A stretch of DNA of 64,000 nucleotides from an uncultured Roseburia sp. Lineage in GTDB: Bacteria > Bacillota > Clostridia > Lachnospirales > Lachnospiraceae. This document shows positions 9,858-18,381 of the stretch, piece by piece. Location of the stretch: the NCBI GenBank assembly GCA_947070915.1, contig CAMTDY010000001.1, positions 1,407 through 65,406 on the forward strand, written 5' to 3'. The notes beneath the pieces are model-generated. The model had not been told where the DNA came from and did not search any database. It worked only from the letters and a program-made list of their open reading frames with translations. Made by a program: the position numbers and the translations under genes. The stretch's first letter is position 1; every line of letters starts with the position of its first letter.

Positions 9858-10438
9858 GTGGCGGATAAAAATCTGGATGTGCAGAGTTATAATTATACAA
9901 TTACAGACGTCACCTGGGAGACTTGTACGATGCGCAGCTGGCTGAACGGTTATGGGGCGGAAAAGAACAAAGAAGGGAAGGATTACAGTGGCAGCGGCTT
10001 TCTTGACAATGCATTTTCAGCGGATGAACAGTCAGCAATCCAAACTGCAAATGTAGTGAATGACGATAATCCTAATCATGGGACAGAAGAAGGTACGGCA
10101 GATGGTGGCTCCGTCCGGCTTTGCATTTAAATTTATCATCTGATCCGGGAAAAGCCGGGATCGGAAAAGTATCGGTCCTGAAACTCAAACAGAAGAAGGG
10201 CACAGTGACAGTTTCCTGGAAAAAGACCATCGGAGCGAAAGGCTATCAGATCTGTTACAGCACCTCGAAGAAGTGGAAGAACAAAAAACAGAAACTGGTT
10301 ACCAAAAACAAAGCGGTAATAAAGAACATCAAAAAGAAGATGACCTGCTATCTTCGTGTGCGGGCTTACATCCTTGAGGGGACGAAGAAAGTTTACGGGG
10401 CATGGAGCAGTGTAAAAAAGATTAAGATCAAGAAGTAG
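9858..10438 (+). pseudogene. Remnant of a secreted surface protein (DUF6273-like module plus FN3-like C-terminus), truncated and frameshifted
   Basis: Two frames are used (9858..10130 and 10121..10438). There is no signal peptide. SWLNGYG...FLDNAFSADEQSAI is joined directly to RPALHLNLSS, with the middle deleted. An FN3-like segment VSWKK..GAKGYQICYS...YLRVRAY follows. Confidence 0.55.
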
Positions 10439-10589
10439 CGGAAAAGAACTCCACTGGAAAATAAATAATGCAGGAAAAACCATCCCTTCTGTACATACAG
10501 TTATGAAAACCATGCTGTGGCAGAGGGGATGGTTTTTGTTATCTGCAGTTCCAGATAGCAAAAAACCCAACCAAAACTAAACAATCCGG

Positions 10590-10618
10590 TTGACAAAACC
10601 ATACCTGTATGTTATGGT
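10590..10618 (+). promoter_or_regulatory. Sigma-A type promoter of the Rpn-family gene (TTGACA-17-TATGGT)
   Basis: TTGACA at 10590-10595, a 17-nt spacer, then TATGGT at 10613-10618. The same module, with TATAGT, is conserved in the second copy near 22493. Confidence 0.5.
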
Positions 10619-10761
10619 GGTAAAAAGCATTACCATTCTTTCATTATCTGAAAAATCTTTCATTCTCAAAGAACGTCAATGCTTGATTCCAGAAAATCAG
10701 AAAAAAGCAGGGCGGTTGTTTGAAAATGTGAGGAAGCAGCCCTCTGCAGGACGGAGGGTAA

Positions 10762-11643
10762 ATGAAAAAAAGAAATGATATGCCAGCGGCCCCATTTCCG
10801 GGAACGCCGGCACAGAGAAACTACAAAGACACCGTATTCCGGATGCTGTACCGGGACAAGACAGAACTCCTGGAACTCTACAACGCAGTAAACGGCACAC
10901 AGTACAGTAATCCGGAAGAGCTGGAAGCGGCGGGCCTGGAAAACGCTGTCTACATGTCGATGAAAAATGACGTATCCTGCGTGGTGGACCTGCGGCTGAA
11001 CCTGTACGAGCACCAGTCCACGGTAAACCCGAACATGCCGCTGCGCGACCTGTTCTACATAGCAAAGCTATATGAAAAAATGATCCAGAAAGAAAAAAGG
11101 GACCTGTATTCAGGAAAAAGAATCCAGATCCCGTCGCCCCGATTTGTTGTATTTTATAACGGGCCGGAAGAACAGCCGGAGAAGAAGATCCTGCGCCTGT
11201 CGGAATCCTTTTACCGGCAGACGGAAGAATCCGGCCTGGAGCTGACAGTACTCCAGCTTAACATTAACCCAGGAAACAATGAGGAACTATTAGGGAAATG
11301 CTGCTCCCTGCATGACTACATGAAGTACGTGGAACGTGTCCGGAGCTACAGCCGGGAGATGGATTTCCAGGAAGCGGTGGAGAGGGCAGTGTCAGAATGC
11401 ATTGAGGAAGGAATCCTGGAGGAATTCTTAAGAGCCAACCGGGCGGAGGTGATCCAGATGAGCATATTTGAATATGATGAAGAGCTGCACATGGCAACGG
11501 TGAGGGAAGAAGGCAGGAATGAAGGAGTAAGTAGACTACTGGTCGGCATGCTGGAGAGAGGCCTGTCACCGGAAGAGATCAGTGAACTGACAGGGGAGCC
11601 GGTGGAGACTATACGGGAAGCAGTGTCCTGGGTTGATCATTAG
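10762..11643 (+). CDS. Rpn family recombination-promoting nuclease / putative transposase (PD-(D/E)XK)
   Basis: Shows YKDTVFRMLYRDK, ELYNAVNG, NDVSCVVD, LYEHQSTVNPNMPLR and PRFVVFYNG. This is the typical multicopy Rpn/YhgA-like family of Clostridia. Confidence 0.85.
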   Translation: MKKRNDMPAAPFPGTPAQRNYKDTVFRMLYRDKTELLELYNAVNGTQYSNPEELEAAGLENAVYMSMKNDVSCVVDLRLNLYEHQSTVNPNMPLRDLFYIAKLYEKMIQKEKRDLYSGKRIQIPSPRFVVFYNGPEEQPEKKILRLSESFYRQTEESGLELTVLQLNINPGNNEELLGKCCSLHDYMKYVERVRSYSREMDFQEAVERAVSECIEEGILEEFLRANRAEVIQMSIFEYDEELHMATVREEGRNEGVSRLLVGMLERGLSPEEISELTGEPVETIREAVSWVDH

Positions 11644-11691
11644 TGTTATTTGAGAGTAAAATTTGGGTGGGAAAGTCATATAAACAGAACA

Positions 11692-11760
11692 AGAAAGCAC
11701 CGCTTTGTGTTAAGATTGGGTTTGCAAAACAAAAAATCTACATAAAGGAAGGTGCTTTCT
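11692..11760. repeat. Dispersed element copy E1: AGAAAGCACC ... GGTGCTTTCT closing stem
   Basis: The 10-bp terminal inverted repeat encloses 49 nt. The 5' 14 nt and 3' 27 nt match the element at 27344..27493. Confidence 0.6.
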
Positions 11761-11856
11761 ATAATGTGCCCTGAAATGTCAATATAGGTATTTCGAAAAG
11801 AACGGCAAAGCCATTCTTGGAGTGGCGCAGTTATCAGCCGCCGCTTTACATTCCGC

Positions 11857-12660
11857 TTACAGCAGATTGAGTTTTTTCTTCAAAATAAATTTGCTTAGGA
11901 AGAAAAATGCTACGGAGAAAACAACGCTTAATATAATGGAGAGAAAGAGTACACTCATCGTCGGATTGCCACTCTGGAGGCTTACGCTGAAAGTATCCAT
12001 TTCAGCGGACATGTCTTTGCCCATCTCTGTGATCATAAATGGCAGAAGTACAACGACACTTACAATCTGCTGCACCGTATAGAGGGCGGCATAAAATGCC
12101 AGGGAGGCAATAACACGGTGGTCTCTTACCAGCTGTCCTAATGATATGGCGGCAAAGATCTGCAGGATTGACAGCGCACAGGAGAGCAGCAGGGAGATGA
12201 TCTGGATGATCATTAGATTCGTATCTCCTTCAAATATGGCAAATAAAAAGTTGGTCATATCTTTTATCTGGGCGCCCCCAGCCGCAAAGAGGATGACAAT
12301 AGAGAAATAGGCCAGGATCAGGGTGGCTATTGTCCAGGCATAAGAGATAATGAATTTGCCCAGCAGGATCTGATGCGTCTCGGCGGGGACCGTAAAGGTC
12401 AGATATGCTTCCCTGGTGGCAGTTGTTTTATAAAAACGCATACTAAGGAAAATATACGGAGAGATAAATACAAAAATAATGCCAAATACAAGAAGTATGA
12501 TCCCAAATCCTGAAATAATGGTGAGGGGCGTTGAGTCATAATGTTTCAGCAGCTGGATAAACAGGCAGGCTGCCGAGATGAGAAGCGCCAGACCGATATA
12601 AATAGGAACAAAGATCCGATAGGTGGATTTGAATTCGTGTTTCATTATTTTTCCTAACAT
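11857..12660 (-). CDS. ABC-2 type transporter permease
   Basis: Six or so hydrophobic segments. It overlaps the stop of the upstream ATPase gene by 7 nt, so it is the operon partner. Confidence 0.7.
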   Translation of the reverse strand: MLGKIMKHEFKSTYRIFVPIYIGLALLISAACLFIQLLKHYDSTPLTIISGFGIILLVFGIIFVFISPYIFLSMRFYKTTATREAYLTFTVPAETHQILLGKFIISYAWTIATLILAYFSIVILFAAGGAQIKDMTNFLFAIFEGDTNLMIIQIISLLLSCALSILQIFAAISLGQLVRDHRVIASLAFYAALYTVQQIVSVVVLLPFMITEMGKDMSAEMDTFSVSLQSGNPTMSVLFLSIILSVVFSVAFFFLSKFILKKKLNLL

Positions 12661-13349
12661 TTGAATACCTCCCTAAACAGTGCATCCACTGATTTATTTT
12701 CTTTTTCCCGGATCTCATCTACGCTCTGATGAAGGCGGATCTGTCCGTTTTGAAGGAAGACAGCCTCATCCAGGATATTTTCCACATCTGCGATCAGGTG
12801 AGTGGAGATGATGACCGTGGAATTTTCACAATAGTTCCCCACAATAGTATTTAGAATATAATCTCTGGTGGCGGGATCCACACCTCCGATGGGTTCGTCC
12901 AGACAGTAGAGATTGGCATCCCGGCTCATGGCGAGAACCAGCTGGACTTTTTCCAGTGTTCCCTTTGACATATGGGACAGCTTCATGGTGGTGGCGATGT
13001 CAAGTTTTTTCAGCATATCTTCGGCTTTATCCTGCTGGAAGTCAGCAAAAAAGTCTGAAAAGTATTCAAATAGATTATCTACCTTCATCCAGCGGGGAAA
13101 ATAGTTGGCGTCTGGCAGATAGGATACATGCTGCTTGGAAATGACGCCGGGTTCATAACCCCCGATGGTGATGGTTCCGCTGGTGGGAGCCAGAAGTCCA
13201 TTGAACAGCTTCAGCAGCGTGGTTTTGCCGCTGCCATTTGGTCCCAGCAGACCAACGATCTTTCCGCATTCCAGTGTGAGATTCACGTCCTGGAGTGCTG
13301 TGTAGCCGCCAAATTTTTTAGACAGCCCTTTGGTCTCTAATAGTATCAT
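12654..13349 (-). CDS. ABC transporter ATP-binding protein
   Basis: Walker A GPNGSGKTT, signature LSHMSKGTLEKV and Walker B LYCLDEP. ATG at 13349 with GGAGG upstream. The ORF track extension to 13469 overlaps the GntR gene. Confidence 0.85.
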   Translation of the reverse strand: MILLETKGLSKKFGGYTALQDVNLTLECGKIVGLLGPNGSGKTTLLKLFNGLLAPTSGTITIGGYEPGVISKQHVSYLPDANYFPRWMKVDNLFEYFSDFFADFQQDKAEDMLKKLDIATTMKLSHMSKGTLEKVQLVLAMSRDANLYCLDEPIGGVDPATRDYILNTIVGNYCENSTVIISTHLIADVENILDEAVFLQNGQIRLHQSVDEIREKENKSVDALFREVFKC

Positions 13350-13401
13350 AATAATCCTCCATTCTTTCATTTTTTTCCGTGTGTAAAACCACGGAATACA
13401 T

Positions 13402-13776
13402 TCATTCTGCGGAACAGCTGTCCCACCGTGAGGTGATGAAAGCCAGTTGTTCTTCGCCGCTAAAGCCAAGTTTTCCCAGTTCTTCTTTCAACTGGAATAG
13501 TTTGGCATTTGCCAGATCCTCTCTCATTGCCTGTATCATGGAAGTATTACCTGTGATCTTTCTTCCATTTGTCCGCTCATTGATGAGCAGGCCTTCCCGT
13601 TCCAGTTCAGCGAGAGCCCGCTGCATCGTGTTTGGATTCACATTTGCATTTAGCGCCAGTTCCCGGACAGAAGGGAATGGCTGGCCTGCTTCATATTCAC
13701 CGGATAGGATCAAAAGTTTGATATGCTCGATCAGCTGAATATAAAGAGGTCTGTCATTGGTCAGTTCCCATTGCAT
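13402..13776 (-). CDS. GntR family transcriptional regulator, YtrA subfamily (short form)
   Basis: The wHTH PFPSVRELALNANVNPNTMQRALAELEREGLL is present. At 124 aa and sitting upstream of an ABC ATPase/permease pair, it has the classic YtrA arrangement. Confidence 0.85.
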   Translation of the reverse strand: MQWELTNDRPLYIQLIEHIKLLILSGEYEAGQPFPSVRELALNANVNPNTMQRALAELEREGLLINERTNGRKITGNTSMIQAMREDLANAKLFQLKEELGKLGFSGEEQLAFITSRWDSCSAE

Positions 13777-13898
13777 GGATTCACCTCCTAGACTTAGCTC
13801 GATGGCGCCAATTTAAACCCTGCCTCCGCCAAGCTAAATAGATAGTCATAGCCTCTGCTACCCGTTTCTAAAGGGTAAGTTATGCTGTATCAATGTAT

Positions 13899-13932
13899 TG
13901 TTGTATTAATTGATTAACACAATAATACAACA
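13899..13932. promoter_or_regulatory. Inverted repeat TGTTGTATTA-N14-TAATACAACA, candidate operator
   Basis: The 10-bp arms are perfect. The repeat lies in the divergent region between the GntR operon and PFOR copy 1, and has a GT..AC core typical of GntR-family sites. Confidence 0.35.
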
Positions 13933-14090
13933 GAAAGTTTTCTTTGTCAAGAGAATTCAGAAATGTTCTTATAATTCGACAAGAACTACCGTATTTTGCC
14001 TTTACTTTTTAAAGGGATAGTGCTAAAATGATAGCTAGTGATAATAAATTTTAATGATTTATTAAATTAAATAAGGAGGATTCTATAAAA

Positions 14091-17000
14091 ATGGCTAGAG
14101 CGAAACAATCCATGGATGGAAATACAGCTGCTGCTCATGTCGCTTATGCGTACACAGAAGTTGCTGGTATTTATCCGATCACCCCTTCCAGCCCGATGGC
14201 AGACACTGTTGATATGTGGTCTGCAGCAGGCCAGAAGAACATTTTTGGAAACACAGTTAAAGTAGTAGAGATGCAGTCTGAGGCAGGTGCGGCAGGTACC
14301 GTACACGGTTCCCTGGCAGCCGGTGCCCTTACAACGACCTTTACTGCTTCACAGGGACTTCTTCTTATGATTCCTAATATGTATAAGATTGCTGCTGAGC
14401 AGCTCCCTTGTGTATTTGATGTATCCGCACGTACCGTATCGACACAGTCCCTGAATATCTTCGGTGACCACAGTGACGTATACGCATGCCGTCAGACAGG
14501 TTTTGCCATGCTTGCTGAGACAAATCCGCAGGAAGTTATGGATCTTAGCCCGGTAGCACATCTTGCTGCCCTGGAGGGAAAAGTTCCTTTCATTAATTTC
14601 TTTGACGGATTCCGTACATCCCATGAGATCCAGAAGATTGAGAAATGGGACTATGAAGATCTGAAAGAAATGTGTCCGATGGATGCCGTTGAAGAATTCC
14701 GTGCCCATGCCCTGAATCCAGAGCATCCGGCTATGCGTGGCTCCCATGAAAATGGTGACGTATTCTTCCAGCACCGTGAGGCATGTAACACTGTTTATGA
14801 TGCATTACCGGCTGTTGTTGAAAAATATATGGGTAAAGTCAATGAAAAACTTGGCACAGATTATGATCTTTTCAATTACTATGGTGCACCGGACGCTGAC
14901 CGCGTGATCATTGCGATGGGTTCCATCTGCGACGTGGCAGAAGAGGTGATTGATTACCTGAGCGCAAAGGGTGAGAAAGTCGGACTGATCAAAGTACGTC
15001 TGTACCGTCCATGGTCTTCCGAGCATATTCTCAAAGCAATTCCGAAGACAGCAAAGAAGATCGCTGTACTTGACCGTACAAAAGAGCCAGGTTCTCTTGG
15101 CGAGCCTCTTTTCATTGATGTGGCGACGACACTTCGCGAGGCAGGCATGAATGACGTCGTGCTGACTGGTGGACGTTATGGTCTTGGTTCCAAGGATACA
15201 CCGCCTTCATCCATTTTCGCCATCTACAAAGAGCTGGAAAAGGATGCTCCAAAAGCCCGCTTTACCATCGGTATCGTGGATGATGTGACAAACCTGAGTC
15301 TGCCAGAAGTGAAGCCGGCTCCGATCACATCTGCTCCTGGTACCAAAGAGTGTAAGTTCTGGGGTCTTGGCGGAGACGGTACCGTTGGTGCGAATAAGAA
15401 CTCCACAAAGATCATCGGTGACCACACAGATAAATATATTCAGGCATACTTCCAGTATGACTCCAAGAAGACCGGAGGTATTACGATCTCCCATCTTCGT
15501 TTCGGTGACAACCCGATCAAGAGCCCATACTATATCAATCAGGCTGATTTCGTTGCCTGCCACAACCCATCTTATGTGGTAAAAGGCTACAAGATGGTGC
15601 AGGATGTAAAACCGGGCGGAATCTTTATGATCAACTGCCAGTGGTCTGACGAAGAGCTGGATAAGCATATGCCTGCAGAGTCAAAGAAATACATCGCTGA
15701 AAACAACATTCAGCTTTATACCATCAATGCCATCGATAAGGCCATCGAGATCGGAATGGGCAAACGTACCAACACGATCCTTCAGTCTGCATTCTTTAAG
15801 CTGGCAGATATTATGCCGATCGACGAGGCAGTTGAGTACATGAAGGCGGCTGCTAAGAAATCCTACTCCAAGAAGGGTGACGCAGTAGTAGAGATGAACT
15901 ACAAAGCCATCGACGCTGGTGTGGATGCCGTACATAAAGTAGAAGTTCCAGCTTCCTGGGCAAATCCGGCAGCAGATGCTCCGGCAAAAGAGCTGACAGG
16001 ACGTCCGGAGGTAGTAAAGATGGTAAAAGAGCTTCTTGAGCCTATCTCCCTTATGGATGGTGACAGCCTTCCGGTATCTGCATTTAAGGATATCGCAGAC
16101 GGACAGTTTGAACTTGGTGCTTCCGCTTACGAAAAACGTGGTACAGCCGTTATGGTTCCACAGTGGGATCCTTCTGTATGTGCCCAGTGTAACAGCTGTG
16201 CTTTCGTATGTTCCCACGCTACACTCCGTCCGTTCATTCTGAATGCAGAAGAAGTAGCAGCCGCTCCTTCCCAGATCAAACTTGCTGATTCCAAGCATGC
16301 GACGGCAGAGGGAATGAAATACACCATGAGCGTATCTCCTCTGGATTGTATGGGATGCGGTGAGTGTGTGACCGTATGTCCTGCTGCTGAAAAAGGCGCG
16401 CTCAAGATGGTTCCCCAGGAATCACAGGCAGAGGAGCAGCCAGTATTTGATTATCTGGTAGAAAACGTTGGAAAGAAAGACATCAAACCGGTATTTACCG
16501 ATGCTACACCGATCGGTTCCCAGTACAATCAGCCGCTTCTTGAGTTCTCTGGAAGCTGTGCAGGCTGTGCCGAGACATCTTATGCAAGACTGATCACCCA
16601 GCTCTTCGGTGAGCAGATGTACATTTCTAATGCGACAGGATGTTCATCCATCTGGGGTGGTCCTGCAGCTACATCACCATACACAGTAAACAAAGACTCC
16701 AAACAGGGTCCTGCATGGTCCAACTCTCTGTTTGAGGATAATGCAGAGCATGGTCTTGGTATGTATCTTGGCCAGAAGGTTCTTCGTGACCAGACCATTG
16801 ATAAAGTAAAAGAACTGGCAGCTTCCGACAAAGCTTCTGCTGAACTGAAGGCTGCTGTAGATAAATTCCTTGAGACAAAGGATGATACAAAGGCAAATGC
16901 ACCGGCTGCAAAGGCTATGATCGCTGAGATCGAGAAAGCGGCTGCTGCTGGATGTGATCTTTCCAAAGAGATCCTTGACAAAAAACAGTACCTTGCTAAG

Positions 17001-17657
17001 AAGTCCGTATGGATCTTAGGTGGTGACGGATGGGCTTATGATATCGGTTTCGGTGGATTAGACCATGTACTTGCTTCCGGCGAGAACGTAAATGTTATGG
17101 TATTTGATACAGAGATGTACTCCAATACCGGCGGCCAGGCTTCCAAGGCTTCCAACATCGGTGAGGTTTGTCAGTTTGCTGCTGCAGGTAAAGAGATCGG
17201 CAAGAAGAGCCTTGCTGAGATTGCTATGAGCTATGGCTATGTATACGTTGCCCAGATCGCCCTCGGCGCAAATCCTGCCCAGGCAGTGAAAGCGATCGCT
17301 GAGGCAGAGGCTTATAATGGTCCATCCCTGATCATCGGATATGCTCCATGTGAGCTCCACGGTATTGCCAAAGGTGGTATGAACCACTGCCAGGATGAGA
17401 TGAAGAAAGCAGTGAAAGCTGGTTACTGGAATCTCTTTAGCTTCAATCCGGCGCTCAAGGCGGAAGGAAAGAATCCATTTACCCTGACATCCAAAGAGGG
17501 TGACGGATCTTATCAGGATTTCCTCAACAATGAGGCGCGTTATACACGTCTTATTAAACCATTCCCAGAGAGAGCAGAAAGACTCTTTAAGGAATCCGAA
17601 GAGGCTGCAAAGGCACGCTATGAGCATTTGCAGAAGCTGGTAGAACTTTATAAATAA
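14091..17657 (+). CDS. nifJ: Pyruvate:ferredoxin (flavodoxin) oxidoreductase, copy 1
   Basis: 1188 aa. Starts [30 protein letters not shown], has two 4Fe-4S motifs (CAQCNSCAFVCSH and CMGCGECVTVCP) and the TPP site [16 protein letters not shown]. Confidence 0.95.
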   Translation: MARAKQSMDGNTAAAHVAYAYTEVAGIYPITPSSPMADTVDMWSAAGQKNIFGNTVKVVEMQSEAGAAGTVHGSLAAGALTTTFTASQGLLLMIPNMYKIAAEQLPCVFDVSARTVSTQSLNIFGDHSDVYACRQTGFAMLAETNPQEVMDLSPVAHLAALEGKVPFINFFDGFRTSHEIQKIEKWDYEDLKEMCPMDAVEEFRAHALNPEHPAMRGSHENGDVFFQHREACNTVYDALPAVVEKYMGKVNEKLGTDYDLFNYYGAPDADRVIIAMGSICDVAEEVIDYLSAKGEKVGLIKVRLYRPWSSEHILKAIPKTAKKIAVLDRTKEPGSLGEPLFIDVATTLREAGMNDVVLTGGRYGLGSKDTPPSSIFAIYKELEKDAPKARFTIGIVDDVTNLSLPEVKPAPITSAPGTKECKFWGLGGDGTVGANKNSTKIIGDHTDKYIQAYFQYDSKKTGGITISHLRFGDNPIKSPYYINQADFVACHNPSYVVKGYKMVQDVKPGGIFMINCQWSDEELDKHMPAESKKYIAENNIQLYTINAIDKAIEIGMGKRTNTILQSAFFKLADIMPIDEAVEYMKAAAKKSYSKKGDAVVEMNYKAIDAGVDAVHKVEVPASWANPAADAPAKELTGRPEVVKMVKELLEPISLMDGDSLPVSAFKDIADGQFELGASAYEKRGTAVMVPQWDPSVCAQCNSCAFVCSHATLRPFILNAEEVAAAPSQIKLADSKHATAEGMKYTMSVSPLDCMGCGECVTVCPAAEKGALKMVPQESQAEEQPVFDYLVENVGKKDIKPVFTDATPIGSQYNQPLLEFSGSCAGCAETSYARLITQLFGEQMYISNATGCSSIWGGPAATSPYTVNKDSKQGPAWSNSLFEDNAEHGLGMYLGQKVLRDQTIDKVKELAASDKASAELKAAVDKFLETKDDTKANAPAAKAMIAEIEKAAAAGCDLSKEILDKKQYLAKKSVWILGGDGWAYDIGFGGLDHVLASGENVNVMVFDTEMYSNTGGQASKASNIGEVCQFAAAGKEIGKKSLAEIAMSYGYVYVAQIALGANPAQAVKAIAEAEAYNGPSLIIGYAPCELHGIAKGGMNHCQDEMKKAVKAGYWNLFSFNPALKAEGKNPFTLTSKEGDGSYQDFLNNEARYTRLIKPFPERAERLFKESEEAAKARYEHLQKLVELYK

Positions 17658-17727
17658 TGTATTGGTGACATCAAGCTAGTTCGATGGCGCTGATATAATG
17701 GGGCACGTTGTGCCTGTCATACAGAAG

Positions 17728-17766
17728 AGTTCTTTTCAGATGTTATATCTGAAAAGAACTTTTTCT
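17728..17766 (+). terminator. Rho-independent terminator after PFOR copy 1
   Basis: A 14-bp stem AGTTCTTTTCAGAT/ATCTGAAAAGAACT with a 5-nt loop, followed by TTTTCT. Confidence 0.8.
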
Positions 17767-17798
17767 GTAATTACACCCATTGTAGGAGGGAAAAAAAT

Positions 17799-18212
17799 AT
17801 GTGGTTTGTCTTTGCTGTGCTGTCAGCGGTTTTTGCGGCGTTGACTTCGATCCTTGCCAAGATCGGAATACATGGAGTCCACTCCAACCTGGCTACGGCG
17901 CTTCGCACGATCGTAGTGCTGGCTATGGCATGGGGGATGGTGTTTTTGACGCATGCCCAAAAAGGGCTTCCGGATATCACCAGAAAGAGCTGGCTGTTCC
18001 TAATCCTGTCCGGTCTGGCGACAGGGGCCTCGTGGCTGTGTTACTATAAGGCGCTGCAGGTGGGAGAGACTTCCAAAGTGGCGGCAGTGGATAAACTCAG
18101 TGTGGTGATCACACTATTACTGGCGGTTGTCTTTCTTCATGAGGAGTTTACAGTAAAATCCTTGTTGGGGTGTGTGTTGATCGGGGCAGGTACGCTGTGT
18201 ATGGTGCTTTAA
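17799..18212 (+). CDS. Small EamA/DMT-superfamily membrane transporter (single EamA domain)
   Basis: 137 aa with 4-5 TM segments, and the EamA-like motif ASWLCYYKALQVGETSKVAAVDKLSVV. Confidence 0.7.
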   Translation: MWFVFAVLSAVFAALTSILAKIGIHGVHSNLATALRTIVVLAMAWGMVFLTHAQKGLPDITRKSWLFLILSGLATGASWLCYYKALQVGETSKVAAVDKLSVVITLLLAVVFLHEEFTVKSLLGCVLIGAGTLCMVL

Positions 18213-18381
18213 CCGGGCGGCATCGTTGAGCTGGGACAGGGGCCGATGCGAACAAAAATCAAATTTTTAAAAAGAATAATAATTTTCTTAAAATTTGTCT
18301 ACCATACCTTTAAGAGAACGATATGCTGGCATATTTTGTGCCAAAGTGTTGATATCCCACAAGCAGACGGAGGAATGGAAT

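Noticed and set aside
10590-10778. 62-aa ORF (and its twin at 22586-22795) in the Rpn leader, possibly a conserved small protein
   Set aside because: Its conservation is explained by nucleotide-level duplication of the whole promoter/leader. The ORF starts inside the promoter, has no RBS, and runs in a different frame across the Rpn start.
17674-17690. tRNA fragment suggested by AGTTCGATGG (T-loop-like)
   Set aside because: No acceptor, anticodon or D arms can be drawn around it. I treat it instead as an instance of the short dispersed motif.
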